Assembly: GCF_902728285.1 (NCBI RefSeq)
Contig: NW_027104472.1
Coordinates: 999,681-1,063,680, forward strand
Direction: 5' to 3'
DNA: 64,000 nucleotides
Origin: Clytia hemisphaerica
Lineage: Eukaryota
The first letter of the stretch is position 1. Each line of letters opens with the position of its first letter. The translations under genes were made by a program, and so were the position numbers. This document shows positions 26,025 to 39,004 of the stretch, piece after piece. The notes under the pieces were generated by a model. It was not told where the DNA came from and ran no database searches. It worked only from the letters and a program-made list of their open reading frames with translations.

Positions 26025-26289
26025 TAAGTATTAGTCAGGTAGAATTAGATCATAAACCACCAAAACCGGGACAAAAATGGTGCAGAGATGAAATTTTGCA
26101 CATAGGTCCAGGAATATAACAAAATATAATGATTTCAAAATCGAAAAAAAGTGCTGACTCAGCAAAAATAAGCGTTGTAACGATTTTTATAATCGTTATA
26201 TCTCGCCTGGCTTGGCCGCCATTTTGAATTTTGATTTTTTTTATCCTGTACTCGGAAATTTAGAGGTTGTTCGTAATGGCTTACGCGTA

Positions 26290-26346
26290 ACACTTGTGCA
26301 TCGGAACTTTGCATTTAGTGGGTTCGAATCCCACCGGTGGCGATCT
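26290..26346 (+). other. tRNA 3'-half-like fragment
   Basis: GTGGGTTCGAATCCCACCGGTGGCGA is a perfect T arm plus acceptor 3' strand, but no matching 5' acceptor or D arm upstream. Confidence 0.3.
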
Positions 26347-27310
26347 GTCGGTATAAGTCATTCAGTAAGCTAGAAAACATAAAAAATAGCTCACAAAGCG
26401 ACAAAGAACCAGAAAGTCAGAAAAACTACGAACAAGAGACTGGAAAGTACGAAATAAGTCCAGATCTGTCTTTCGTCTTTGTGAAGAAGCCACAACCATG
26501 AGATGAGCAGGAGAAATTTTTTGGGCCTGAAATGACGTAGGAATGGCTAAAAACAATACAAAATAAACCAGCCGAGGCTGGAAGGTCAGCCAATAGAGCT
26601 TAGCTAGATAGCTTTAATAAGTGGGTTAACAGATGTAAGAGATTTACTGAAACAGAGGGTCCATTTGTTTCATCACCTGGAACAGAGTAGACTAAAAATA
26701 TTGAATAATGTACAAAATGTGAAACATTTCATAACTTGATTTAACATTATTTAAAACAAGCCTGAGAGCTCCTCCAACCCCTCACCCCCCACGAGAAGAT
26801 CAAAGTATACTTCTCTTTAGCATTGTAGCACTGTTTCTATGACATCAAACAATTAAGCTATAGTTCATTACTATAAAATAAAAGAGAAACATAGTGTAAT
26901 TAAACTTTTTGTTAATTTCATTCCAGTCAGTTATGATACATTTTTTCTGTTGGATGTAGACAATATCCATATCTGACCAAAGTGTTATCTAGAAATAAAT
27001 AAGAAAATTGCCAAAACGTCAGAACCAAAATAAAGATATCCATCAAATATACATAGAAACTGTACTTTTTGTTTTACTTGATAAAACTACAATAACACTT
27101 TAAAATAACAAGCTACAAAAAACTTTAAGTCACAAAGCGCAAACTCCAAAAAAACACAATTTGCATCAAAATCTTTGCAAAACGTAGTTCATATTTATAA
27201 CATTTCAACAGGAACTGTATTTTGGTAGACTTGGTCAAATTACAGAAACCATTTGTCAGTTCTCTGCAAGGCCAACGAGGTACGTAAAAACTGACTGCTA
27301 CCCTGACAGT

Positions 27311-27520
27311 AGGTAACTTTAGGCTAACATACATAGCCCTCAAATGACTGACCCTTCTGGTCATTAAAATACAAAGTTAAATCAAAAAATCAAAAAAAAT
27401 GGTAGACTAGAGCTGCGAGCGGAGCTGAATATAGTTTATTTTAATGACCAGCCAGGTCATTCATTTTAGGGCTATCGTGTTAGCCTCCACTGATGCAAGT
27501 TACCCACTCTCACGGTATTC
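27311..27520. repeat. Hairpin copy of an about 80 bp dispersed repeat (other copies 29878-29940, 30221-30300)
   Basis: ttttaatgaccagccaggtcattcat..tagggctat..gttagcctccactgatgcaagtt occurs in both orientations. Confidence 0.5.
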
Positions 27521-30500
27521 AGTCAAAGCCAAAATTTGGCAAGGCAAGGTCAGAAAAACATAATTTACATCCAGTCTTCGTAAATAAATTTTGTATAGTA
27601 CCGTCAAGTTACACAGTATGCACACAAAACCATCTTGAAGACTTTGCTGGTCGCAAATGATAATCGAAAGCAAAACTTAAAATTCATAACTAGGTAGGGA
27701 AGCTCATTTTCCCCCATTTTGCTTTAAACTCCCTTTTGATTGGTCTATGAATTTGGGCGATCGCTTTGCCGCCTTGGCGGAATTAACACACGACCATAAT
27801 AAATAAATTCAACAGGTGACAGGGCAGCGGAGTAGCAATTAATTTCGACTGAGAGTCCTCCCTTCTGTGCCAAGCACTGGCAGTGTTTTTAAACTTTAAA
27901 ACAATGTTAAATGAAGACCAGATGGATCTGTTTGTTATGACTGTGCAAGTTGTGACGAGAGTGTGCATGTTGTGTAACTTGACGGTATAATTCATTAAAT
28001 TCTAGAAACCATTTTTCATAACTTTCTGCAGTCCGCTTTCTGCAAGTCTGATAAGAGATATGTATAAACTGTTATCGCCATTTATTCCATTCCATCATTC
28101 AGTCAAAACGTGCGCCAAGGTTAGAAAAGGTTAGAAAAACACATTCTGCGTCCGGAACTGCGTGAAAAATAGTTTGATCAATTTCAACAAGAACTGTTTA
28201 TATTGATATTAATATAATTGATCAAATTCCAAAGACCATTTGTCATAATTTTGCAAGTCCAATAATAGGAGATGTGATGTCATCATTTGGTTCCCGTCAT
28301 CTGACCGACCCTGATTTACGGTCAGCAGGTAGAGTTGGAGAGTCGGAAAGCTTTTCGGCTGCTTTGCTGGATTTCCACTGTCGACCTCTGCACGCTCTGT
28401 GTTTACAAGTTTTCAAATCAAAGTAGCGAGCCGCATGCTAATGGAGTAAACCAAAAACCAGTTTATCCACGGTTTCTCAATTTCCTAATTCGGATCAGTT
28501 CGCACGGATTCCCTTTCAACAAGATGTAGCTGCTTCTTAAAGAAAATATTTTCGACGACCGACCGAATGACCACCACTTTTTAAAGTAGAAATGACGGGA
28601 ACCAAACAATTTTTTGCGATTCGCCTTATCAAACACGTCCAAAAAAGCACGATTGCATCCAGTCTTTATCAAATTTAGACAGTAGCTGTACTTTTGTAAA
28701 CTTTATCAAATTCCAATAACATTATAACACCATCAATCCCACCTAGAGGCAAACAAGAAAAATATGTTTTTTATTGCAAAAACTAATAAAAAGCAGCAAT
28801 AAAAGTATCAGAAATTCAACATAAACAAAAACTTGAGCAAAAGGCTTCAAACCTTCAAAAGATGTAGAAAAAGAATTCCCTTGATGAAAATCATGTGTTT
28901 GATTTGCTGAATTAAAAAAATAAATTACAGAAATTGAAGCTTGCAACAGATTTACACTGGAAATACTTTGGCACAACACTGACTTATCACATCTGACTTA
29001 TCGCTTGAGCCGCCATCTTGAAACACCACATTACCTATGATCTGTAAAAACAACGCACGCTAAAAGTACCCAAAAAGTTAACCCGATATCGGAAGAAAGT
29101 TTAGAAATCAAAGTGAGATCGGGAAATCGGATTTTTTTTTGCCGTCTTATGATGATGGAAGAAGTAGTAGAAGAAAATTTTACCTATTTGAATGCTCAGC
29201 TTAGGCTGACCAATTAGAAATAAAGCAAAATTTTCAACTAGATAATCGTTTATCTTTATCTTTATAGCATTAGCCTCAATAAATATTAGGTGTACTGGAC
29301 ATGGTTCATGTAGTACTATTACATCTCTGTCCAACACGTATCCGATGTATTGAAACGGACACGGGCAATTGGACGGACCGTTACGGAGTGTAGAGAAAAA
29401 ATGAGGAAATGAGTTTGTGCTTGTGGAAACATATTTTTAGTAGCATTTCTATATTTCTTCCAAGATTTCTAGGAATTTCTGAGTTTTCTCGAAAATGCAG
29501 GACATTCTGTTTTCATGAAAGGTATGCGGGCGGAACTGGAGACAAAGAGCTTAAATTGAGCGGGACGGTTGGCAACTATGAAGATAGGGTGTTGAGAATA
29601 ACAGAGTCAATTAAGTCTGCATAAGAGCCCCCTGGCCCTGCCCTGCTCCTGAGATTTTCATTTTCAGCGGAGATCTGTGCTTTGATTTGATTGGATTTGA
29701 TTGTGAGAGAATTTGGATTTTTGTTCATATTATAAGACAGTGTAGCTCTAAAGCTCTATAAAGAGCATAATTCTACTTGACAATCAAAACAAAACATGAC
29801 ATCCTTTAGCAAAAGGTGTTTACAAGGTTCTTGACAGAAAATCTTTTGTTTTAATCTGGTTTGATACAGTGAAGTCAGGTAACTTGCATCAGTGGAGGGA
29901 AACTTGCATAGCCATCATGCATCAAATGACTGACCAATATCGTAACTTGATCTAATGTCGACACCCCTCCTCTAATTCTGGCACCCTTTTTATCAGCCAA
30001 AATTTATAGAAATGTTGAAACTGTTTTTCTTTCCTTAGTGGTCAGAGAGGAATAATCCTTTTTTCAATCAGTGATTCAAGCTTTCATATTAGAAATTAGA
30101 CGAGGGATGTCGATATTAGACCGACTTACGGTATCAAAGCAGCAAAATTTCAAAACAAATGAACTACGCAGCTCTGCTCGAAGCTTTTCTCTACCATTTT
30201 TGTTTTGATTTAACTTTTTATTTTAATGACCAGCCAGGTTATTCATTTGAGGGCTATGCATGTTAGCCTCCACTGATGCAAGTTTCCCAATCTCACGGTA
30301 GTGCTGCAGATCATCGGTGGACAGTATTCAATTATCATTATTCCTTTTTTTATTCATTTCTGGAATGTTTGCAAGATGAGGAAAAACAGAAAGTTGTATT
30401 TTGTACTGCTTTATTCACATCCTGAATTTGAAAGATTTTCATGTGGTGCTTTATTGCAAACTTCAAAAAACTAGTTTTTGTCTCGCTTTCCCTGGCCGTT

Positions 30501-30692
30501 AAGGGGGAGAGGGGGGTCAAAGCTAATGCCGTTAAGAAGATTCGAAAGTAAATTGCATTTCATTTGCTTCTAAATTCCAGGATTCTCCACACAAACCAGA
30601 CAGAACCAGAGCAAGATGGGCTGTCTTTATTCCTTTGCTAAAGAATATAACATATTCCTAGTACAAATGATTTTGCCGATTCCCTTTGTGCA

Positions 30693-31404
30693 GGGTTGGT
30701 GTAATTTAAGATGCACGATCTAACGATTTACGATTCACGATGCGCGATCCATGCATAAAATATGCTGATTATTCCTAATAATTATCATAAAACTTAAATT
30801 ATTTAACATAATTCTAAAACAATGGCATAATCTTTTCTCGCTTTTGTTTACCACGGTCATTTATGCAACAAAAAAGAAAAAAGTAAGCAATGGAACTACG
30901 AATAATTACAACCGTAAAATTATGAAAAAGACTAACTTAATATTGTTCATAATGAGAGTGAAAGTAAACAGTGCACAAGAAATATTTTTGCTCTCAGTTT
31001 TAACAATCATAATCGAATATAGGAATTGCTTTCTTAAAAGTAAATAAAAGAATATATTGGCGAACAATATGTTTTGTGGACGTAATGTACGAAGCAAAAA
31101 ACAGGTGCTCTATTATGAGAAAGAAATTTCTTTCGGTAAACAATTATATTGTTTCAATTCAAGTTATGAAAAAGAGAGCAAGAACAGAGGGTGAATGCAC
31201 GTGGCTTCTTTAAATATAATTTGTATAACCTTGCATAAATGATATTTTCTTAAATAATTAAGTTTCAGCGAATGAAAGTTAGTAAATTACCTAAATATTT
31301 TATCATGATTAGCATAATTACGCATGAATTAACATATTTTATGCACAGATCGCGAATCCTGCATCGTAAATCGTTAGATCGTGCATCTTGAATTACACCA
31401 ACCC
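30693..31404. mobile_element. Non-autonomous TIR element, about 710 bp, with an 8 bp TSD (tttgtgca). A solo end copy lies at 18240-18340.
   Basis: gggttggtgtaatttaagatgcacgatctaacgatttacgat... / ...atcgtaaatcgttagatcgtgcatcttgaattacaccaaccc. Flanked by tttgtgca at 30685-30692 and 31406-31413. Confidence 0.65.
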
Positions 31405-31723
31405 CTTTGTGCATGAAAATGGTTTTTAACCCTTAATGGCTATGTTTTGTTTATCCCCTTATCTCCCTTTATACCCATCCCCCTTCTGTAATGAAATTTT
31501 ACCCCCCCCCCTTTTTTACAGAAAATCTGTTTCAAAGCAAACTTGCCCAATGCATCTTTATTACATTCAATGCTTAAATGATACAGCCTATGTCTTATTT
31601 TAATCATTATTCTTCTCTTTCTCATACTGCAATAATCATATTTTTATATTTTGTTTTTGTAGAAAATGTTTGTTATCAAATAGTGAATATTTAGGTATAC
31701 CTACCTTTTAAAAGGAAGAAACA

Positions 31724-32470
31724 ATGGGTAAACTAGAATTGCGACCAAATTTAAAGAGCAAGCACAACCTGGTGCAAGATGATCTGGGCTCGAACACTAT
31801 TCCATTAAAGAAAGCCAACATGTTAGAAGATCCTCAAAGCAGTTTAACAAAACAAAAGACTGAATTGGTTACTTCAAATGTAAAACCAGTTGGATCACTT
31901 CATTTAAACAATTTATTAGGAACTGGTATGAATATCAATAAAGCACCAAAACCAAGTCTCTTTAATAAATCTCTGCTACTTGGAAGCAGTAATCTAGAGA
32001 AAGGAAGCCTAAAGCCAACACTTTTTTGCACTACCAATCTTCTTCCGACAACAAGTTTAGATTTAGTCCAAAAACCTCAAAATGCATCATCATCGATGAA
32101 AGAGGAGAAACCCAAGACAAGCAAGCGGCTTCAAACTAAAAAGAGCAAAAAGAGAAACTCCTTGGAAATTCAAAATCTGAAAGGTCCAAGTAAAGTGACA
32201 AAGGACCATGACGCTGGAAAAATAACAAAGCGAAAGAAAAAGATTGTATCAGACAATAGTCATTCTAAGAAGAAGATCAAGGAAGCACAATTTGAGATTA
32301 TAACTGCCAGTATCAAGGAATTAAAACTGACTGATAATGAATTCAAAAGACAACAACTGGAGGTGATGAGGAATAAGTTGAAAGCTGAGAGTGAAAACCT
32401 GTTTACAGACTCTAAACAAGGAAGCTATGATGCCATCAAGCAGGAAAAAGAGAAAATTATTAAAGCTAAG
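31724..32470 (+). CDS. TEP1: TEP1-like gene exon 1 (start codon, K/S-rich low-complexity N-terminus)
   Basis: ATG in Kozak-like context aaacaATGG. 249 codons ending AAG|gtaaaa. Joins exon 2 in phase 0. Confidence 0.55.
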
Positions 32471-32996
32471 GTAAAATTTGATTTTCTTTGGTCGGAAACT
32501 CACCTTCAATAGTTCAAAACTATATGTTATGACCATTTACAGATAATGTTATTTAAATTGTGTCCAAGTGCATGCTTTTGCCAATGTAGAATAAATGTAG
32601 AGATGTATTTTTTTTTGGCTCTGTAAACCAACAAAAGCTTAAAAATTGATACAGTATTGAGTCTTTGGAATTCCAAACTTGTCCTTTTTATTGATTCATC
32701 CAGATTTTAAACAGCTTCGTTTCCTATGAAAAAGCTAGTTTATCAAAAACTTATATGAACAATTTTATTTTTACAAGCCTCAATTTTGGCTAACACTTTA
32801 GAGCAATTTAAAAACAATCCTAGCCTCCTTTTACTATGTCAATAAAAGAACATTTTACGAACATTTAATCCTTGAAATCACTAAAAAATTTAAACATGAA
32901 CAAAATGAACAAATTTACTCTGATTCTTTATAAAAGAAAAAGTAATTTATCTTAAATTTAGTATACGGTAATTTTTTAATTTTTATTCACTCACAG

Positions 32997-33131
32997 CAAC
33001 ATTTGATCAATATGGTGTCAATGTCATTACTCCATGCACCAAAGATTGGAGATGTTATGGATCAAACAAGAATTGAAATGATGAAAGCAATGAAAGAAAT
33101 GTCAGAAATGGATCCTGAATTCATTCTGAAG
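32997..33131 (+). CDS. TEP1: TEP1-like exon 2 (TROVE start)
   Basis: tcacag acceptor, GTATAT donor. QHLINMVSMSLLHAPKIGDVMDQTRIEMMKAMKEMSEMDPEFILK. Confidence 0.7.
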
Positions 33132-33353
33132 GTATATTTTTTTGCTTAAAATCATCCTAACAACATCATTAAACCAAATACTATATGTAAATATGCTGTC
33201 TCTATTTGAAGAATTCTCCAAACTGCTAAATGCTATATGTTGCATCTGTTGTGTGCCTTTACTATCAGTTGGAAAAAGGGATGATATAGATTTCTATCTG
33301 GGCCATCTAATTTCATTTCCCTCTAACACTGTGTATTATTTTCTTCACCATAG

Positions 33354-33515
33354 CTTGCGCTATACACAAGAAAAGTGTTGAATGTGCGTGTCGTGTCAAC
33401 ATTCATGGTAGCATTTGCTGCTTATGTTCAAGAATGTCGGCCATATTTGAAGAAATATTTCAATGCGTCCATTGTCCTACCATCAGACTGGATTGGAGCA
33501 GCAGAGTTATACCAG
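33354..33515 (+). CDS. TEP1: TEP1-like exon 3 (TROVE)
   Basis: LALYTRKVLNVRVVSTFMVAFAAYVQECRPYLKKYFNASIVLPSDWIGAAELYQ. The LALYTR..LN.R motif is typical of TROVE domains. ccatag acceptor, GTATGC donor. Confidence 0.8.
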
Positions 33516-33707
33516 GTATGCATTTCTGTACAAGAACTCTTTTTGACAGCTTTATTGGAAACTATTCTTGATATTTAACAAACCGAAAATATGATGTTAT
33601 ATGATATGTAAAGGGGGCAAGCTCTGTACTTTTAGGTATTTATTATAGAAAAGTCACACATTCTTAACTAAAAACATTTCAAAATTGAGTCTTTCCTTCC
33701 TTTCTAG

Positions 33708-33878
33708 ACATTTTTTGATTCTACCATCAAATTTGGTTCCATTCCAACTGTATTGAGGAAAGTCATGATCGAAAAGTTCTCTTCATTTGACGAATACCAG
33801 TTAGCCAAATACAACAAAGAGAAGTCCCAAAACAAGGCTAAAGCTGTGACTTTTTACCCTCACATGTATGAATTTATG
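33708..33878 (+). CDS. TEP1: TEP1-like exon 4 (TROVE)
   Basis: TFFDSTIKFGSIPTVLRKVMIEKFSSFDEYQLAKYNKEKSQNKAKAVTFYPHMYEFM. tttctag acceptor, GTGAGT donor. Confidence 0.75.
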
Positions 33879-34265
33879 GTGAGTTTTCAATATATCTTAA
33901 GCCAGAATTTATTTGTAGCCATTTTAAAATCAGTATTACATATTACATATTACATATTACATTTCGGATTTTCAAATTTACTGTCAGTAAATTATGAATA
34001 TGCAAATAAAACTTTTGATAGAATTTGAATTAGATTTGTAATTTTGTGTTCGTTGCAAAGATAATCATGGGTGATAAGGTTTTTTTCAAAATTTTTTCAA
34101 AAAATATTCAATCAAAAGATAGAGCCCCATATTAATCACTTCCTTGAAAAAAAGTTCAACCAGCCAAATTTAAAGCAATGGTATCTATCTATGCAGTATT
34201 TTTGGTTCAGAAAATGTTTCACAATAATGATGAGCTTAATTTTTTTCTGTTTTTTTTTTATCCAG

Positions 34266-34405
34266 CGTTCAGAGAGCCAACTCCTAGACGAAGATGGAGA
34301 CAATATCAAAGAATATGAATTAAAGTCACTCTCCCTGAAACAATTGATTCGTAAATTACACATCAGTCAACCGTCACAGTATGTTATGTGCCTGGTTGGA
34401 AAGAA
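34266..34405 (+). CDS. TEP1: TEP1-like exon 5 (TROVE)
   Basis: RSESQLLDEDGDNIKEYELKSLSLKQLIRKLHISQPSQYVMCLVGK. tttatccag acceptor, AA|GTAAGT donor. Confidence 0.75.
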
Positions 34406-34824
34406 GTAAGTAAAAATTGACTGGTTACAGGACGTCATTTCCATTTAGTCTTTGGCTTCTACCATTTGCTCACATGGTATTTAAAAAAAAAGAAAAAATA
34501 ACTTTCTCCACCTCATGTGCCTTGTGGGCACAAATTAGAAAACATATATATCTGTATTTTTGTAACTTCAACTCAACTATACTACTACCCCAGAAAAATT
34601 TGTAACTTGCACGATAAACTTTTAAAATTGGTTAAAAAATTTAACTGGATTGTATTTCGGAAATATTTTGGGTCCTTTAAAAATGGTTATTTCAAAATTA
34701 ATAGTCTTGCATGCTGGACCATAATAACCTGTAAACTGTCGTATTATCATTATAAATTGCATTCTAAAGGGTTTACCAGAAAGAATATTTTCCTTTAGCA
34801 ATTTATGATTTTCATTTTTTCCAG

Positions 34825-34882
34825 ATATCCGTCAAGTATCCAGGAATTCTACCAATCACATTTGCCTGGCAACTTTGACGAG
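34825..34882 (+). CDS. TEP1: TEP1-like exon 6
   Basis: (K)YPSSIQEFYQSHLPGNFDE. ttttccag acceptor, GTTAGA donor. Phase matches exon 5. Confidence 0.7.
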
Positions 34883-35249
34883 GTTAGATGTTAGAACTAA
34901 TATTGGTTCTGGGAAGGAACCTAGAGTTTCCATTTTCGGGGCTCACACTATGATCTGGAAAGTAGAGGGGTGGAAAATATAGTGACAAAGGAACGTTTGC
35001 GTGGACGGGAGAAGGTTTCGATTTTGACCCTCTCTCTTAAAATGTCCCTATTTCATATTGATTTTGTCCAGAAATGCAGCTATTGAAAGGATGGTAAAAT
35101 GTAAACTTTACTAAGGCATCATTTTTACTTACCTAGAAAAGGTTATAGATTCTGTCTAGCACTCGGCTATACCTTAATAGTTAGAGTTGGTTTGTATATT
35201 TTACAACTCATCCAATGGATTCTCATGTTGATTTTTTTCACATATCTAG

Positions 35250-35349
35250 GGGAGAGCAGGCAAACGAATGAAGTTGAAGACACCAGAAACATGGGAGACA
35301 CAGGTTTCATTGAAAGGAAACAAAGCTACTACTTGGCAAGACTTATTAG
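35250..35349 (+). CDS. TEP1: TEP1-like exon 7 (TROVE)
   Basis: GRAGKRMKLKTPETWETQVSLKGNKATTWQDLL. This is a different frame from the ORF-track 35192..35422. catatctag acceptor, GTATGA donor. Confidence 0.7.
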
Positions 35350-35753
35350 GTATGATGTAAACAGCAGTTCAGTATACAAAGCTCTTCTGTCTCATCGAGA
35401 ACCAAATTCAGCAAAATTTTAAAAACCTTTTTCCTAGTTTGTTGTTTAGAGTCCATTTTTGTCTGAAACACACAAATTTGGTTTGACCAACTTAAAACTG
35501 AAGCAAGCACATTAACTACATTTAGATACAAATTATATTTCTCATTGACAAGGACTTAGATTTATTCGAACTATAGAACGACTCGAACGAAAGAAAAATA
35601 TGGCGTTGGGGTGCTGTGTGCAATCAAGTTTTAGTGAAGCATGACATACTTTCTCATTGAATAAACTGAGGGTTGTGTTCATCAGTTCTTCAAAGATTTC
35701 GCTTAACGAGCTCATTGTTATCAAGCTAAAATATATGTACTCGTTATATTTAG

Positions 35754-35863
35754 ATCACAAGAAATTACCTTTCATGGCAATGTTGAGGAACCTCAGAAAC
35801 ATGATCAGTGCTGGAATGAAAGAGAAATATCATAACATGATTATTCATCGATTGACTGATGAG
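35754..35863 (+). CDS. TEP1: TEP1-like exon 8 (TROVE)
   Basis: (D)HKKLPFMAMLRNLRNMISAGMKEKYHNMIIHRLTDE. tatatttag acceptor, GTATAA donor. Confidence 0.75.
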
Positions 35864-36178
35864 GTATAAATACATAATATACCTTACGGGAACTTACAAT
35901 AATGAATTTTCGCAGGACTAATTTTCACGTGAGCTAAATTTTACGATTATTGTGTACTGTGAAAATTAATTCTGCAACATACGGTTTTTATGTCAAAATT
36001 TCTAGTAAAATGAAAGAATATCGTTCCAGTGTAAAACGTAGAATTAAAAAAATGATTGAACGTAGTTGGGTGGATGGAAGCTAATAAAAAATCTGAATTT
36101 TAACATGATACTCAAATTTAACCAAAGGGTTAAATATGAGGATCTGATAAATCTAATTTTCGAAATTATTTTCCTCAG

Positions 36179-36266
36179 AAATCAGTGAAGAACAGCAAGC
36201 AGTTTCCATTCCGATTTCTGTCAGCTTACGATATTATTGAATTGATGGAAAAGTCTTTGGAAACTG
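36179..36266 (+). CDS. TEP1: TEP1-like exon 9 (TROVE)
   Basis: KSVKNSKQFPFRFLSAYDIIELMEKSLET. ttttcctcag acceptor, GTACGC donor. Confidence 0.75.
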
Positions 36267-36749
36267 GTACGCAACTATTTTATCGAATTTACATTTTCAT
36301 TCTTAATGAATATCTCATGGAAATCGCGGTTCATTTTAGTACCTTTAGAGGTTCTAATAATCACGTTTACCTTTAGATAGCAAATATGTCCCTTTTCGGG
36401 AATCGATATATTCCCTTAATGATTAAAATGATACCTTCCGTTGTACGATTTAAAAAAAAAACCGTTAAGATAATTTTAAAACACCCTGTAGGAATTATTT
36501 TGTATCTTTTGAGTGATTTTCGGGATTTCCAAAAATTCAAAAGTTATTCACCTAATTTAAGCTAACATGGTTTCTACATGTTAACAAAGACGAATGCTCA
36601 CTTAAAGCGAATGTAATTTTAATAATAAGGAAATTATTCATAAAATAAATGGACTGTTTTAATCGGGTGCAGGGTCAACGTATAATAATAATTTGTTTAT
36701 TTCTATTTGCGAACCACGTGACTGGAATTTTCAGTTTTTGTTTTTTTAG

Positions 36750-36813
36750 GTGAAGATTTAGCTTCAGTTTCTTACAAGAAGAACAAAACAAATACCACGA
36801 GATCGAACAGCAA
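36750..36813 (+). CDS. TEP1: TEP1-like exon 10
   Basis: (G)EDLASVSYKKNKTNTTRSNS. tttttttag acceptor, GTAAGT donor. Phase-consistent. Confidence 0.6.
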
Positions 36814-36929
36814 GTAAGTGTTTTTCGTTCGCTTTTACAAAGTTGTTACAGGCTCGTGAGTGATGTACACGTTTTGTTTAATAAGTATATCCGAACTTTT
36901 TTAAGCCTTCGGATGTTCTTAAAAACCTT

Positions 36930-37065
36930 TTGAAGGATCAAGGGTAAGTGGAGAAAACCAGGGAGAAAGAGTGGCGCCCTCCCCTACCTTCGGGTAGATA
37001 GCTATCGAAAGAGGAGCCTTCGGGTTTCCTCTGACTGCGGTCGCAGACTTACTTAAACCTTTTAA
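36930..37065 (+). mobile_element. 5'-truncated copy of the same SINE body
   Basis: ggatcaagggtaagtggagaaaaccagggagaaagagtggcgccctcccctaccttcgggtagatagctatcgaaagaggagccttcgggt... matches the body at 61640-61790. Confidence 0.5.
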
Positions 37066-37239
37066 GTTTTAAGCTTAAAGATGTTTTCAAACCTGTTCTG
37101 ATATTTTGTGTGTATTTTTGTGTGATTTCCTAAGAATTTTTGTTATTTTAGAGTCTGCACTAGCCTTAAAAGTGTTCTGAAATTGTCCTAATATTTTGGC
37201 TATCGAAACCATTTTTATACAGTTAGTTACTGATTATTC

Positions 37240-37560
37240 AGGCCAGTCTCACTAGAAAATCTACAAAATAAGTAGATGTATAAATTTTCTTAATTCTACG
37301 GAAGTCTGTAGAATTACGGCACTCTTTAGATGTCTGTAGAAATATGAATCTACATATTTTGTAGAATAATAATTCTACCCTATATACCCTCCTATACAAT
37401 ATAGACTCTGTTGTGTAGCAATCTACTAATTTGCCGTAATTCTACAGATGTCTGTAGAAATATGAATCTACATATTTTGTAGAATAATAATTCTACCCGT
37501 AAATCTACAGACATCTGTAGAAATTTTAAATTTACACCATCTACGTATTCTGTATAATTA
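37240..37560. repeat. Local tandem/inverted repeats (agatgtctgtagaaatatgaatctacatattttgtagaataataattctaccc)
   Basis: Unit at 37305-37380 repeats at 37445-37500, with an inverted version at 37500-37550. In TEP1-like intron 10. Confidence 0.6.
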
Positions 37561-37711
37561 TGTGTGATAATGTGTTGGATTATTTTTTGGAATACTATAG
37601 CAAAGTTTGCTATGATATTTACAACTTCTGGTATACCTTGCTTGTATTGATCTAAGCAATAGAACTTTTTTTTAAAGCCCCAATTTTTGTAGGATTTATT
37701 CTAATAATCGT

Positions 37712-37945
37712 GGCCGGGTAGCTCAGTCGGTAGAGCATTCGCCTTACAATCTAAGGTTTGTGGGTTCGATCCCCGGTCACCACCAACTCCTCAGCGGATG
37801 AGTAGCTTAGATTGGGTAATCTGATCTAGGCGGTAAGTTCGATCTCCCAGGTTTAGTGCAAATAGAAAGGGGATAAACTCCCTCACTCCCGGCTCCGCCG
37901 ACAGCCACCGGATGAATTTACTTACTTACTTTACTTATTCTATAA
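37712..37945 (+). mobile_element. tRNA-derived SINE (tRNA-like head + body + (TTAC)n-like tail)
   Basis: Head GGCCGGGTAGCTCAGTCGGTAGAGC...GTGGGTTCGATCCCCGG has A/B-box-like D and T arms, but the anticodon stem cannot pair. About 150 bp unique body follows, then ttacttacttactttacttattc. Sits in TEP1-like intron 10. Confidence 0.55.
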
Positions 37946-38080
37946 CCTCAATTTTTCTATTTTCTTCCATCTGCCGAGAGTTTTCGATAATATCAGAGCT
38001 TGCTCAAATTAAAAGAAAGAGACTTTGATTTATATTTATATATGAAACAGTTATATCTTTTCTTTCTTCTTTTTTATTAG

Positions 38081-38261
38081 GCCCTTGTTGTACAGTCATT
38101 CGTTATTGATGCGTTACAAAAAGGCGTTAGAGAAATCCCTGAAGATTTCCACCCTTCACAACATTTCGCCGATTCCAGGGATGACTGTTATCATTATTGA
38201 TATTGATGAAGAATCGTCCTCTCAAATATTGACCAAGAGTATCTCCCCTGTACAACGAAAC
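38081..38261 (+). CDS. TEP1: TEP1-like exon 11 (vWA-like start)
   Basis: (K)PLLYSHSLLMRYKKALEKSLKISTLHNISPIPGMTVIIIDIDEESSSQILTKSISPVQRN. ttttttattag acceptor, GTATGT donor. Confidence 0.7.
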
Positions 38262-38289
38262 GTATGTTAATGGCTTATTCACAGTTTCT

Positions 38290-38446
38290 GTTATACTGTT
38301 GGCGAGAGATCCAGGTTACTGTACCTAGAACGTTATTTAGAGACACTATTTTAAGAAAGCGCTTTGAGAAATCCCTGGATATTTCTATACTCCATAATAC
38401 CTCGCCGATTCCAGGGATGACTGGTTTCATCATCGATATTGACTAA
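38290..38446 (+). pseudogene. Pseudo-exon: partial duplicate of TEP1-like exon 11 inside intron 11
   Basis: The segment translates to RKRFEKSLDISILHNTSPIPGMTGFIIDID*, paralogous to exon 11 YKKALEKSLKISTLHNISPIPGMTVIIIDIDEE. It ends in TAA and has no usable splice acceptor. Confidence 0.5.
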
Positions 38447-39004
38447 GGGTCATAGTTTCCTCACTGGGTGGTTCAAATCCCCTAATTGCCAAACCCCCTA
38501 TATATAAATTTCTCAACCCCCCCATATATAAATTTCTTAGACCCCCCCCCCTTAATAACCAAAGTAGTGAACCCTGGGATAAAATTTTGAATGGGAATGA
38601 CACTGAAAATGATAAATTTATTTGGTAAAAGATTTTACTATATAACCATACCCCCTAAATGCCAAACCCCCTAATAATTGAGACTTTTTCAACCCCCCCT
38701 TAAAGGGCTTGAAGGGTTGTCTGAGAATTTGAAGGCCCCCCTAAACATATGGGGATGAAACTATGAGGGTACCCCACCCGTACGTTTGAAGGATCATTCT
38801 ATTGCTTCGAGTCTCTTTTTTGGTTCAATTATCTACAACATGATCGAAATATTCGGACTCTTACTCTTGCGTGTCACTCCTAACAAGCCTTACTTTTGTA
38901 ATTGACCCCCCCCCCTAAATGGTTTTCGCTATAAAGTGTATTTTTTGTTTCTCGTCAATTCTTGCTACTATTGATAATTATCGATTGTATTTTTTTTTTC
39001 ATAG

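Noticed and set aside
35192-35422. ORF-track frame GESRQTNEVEDTRNMGDTGFIERKQSYY
   Set aside because: The overlapping frame GRAGKRMKLKTPETWETQVSLKGNKATTWQDLL is flanked by good splice sites, fits exon phases and resembles TROVE. The track ORF is the wrong frame.
37712-37787. tRNA gene call for GGCCGGGTAGCTCAGTCGGTAGAGC...
   Set aside because: The anticodon stem cannot pair and the acceptor stem does not close. It is followed by a SINE body and a (TTAC)n tail, so it is annotated as a SINE head.
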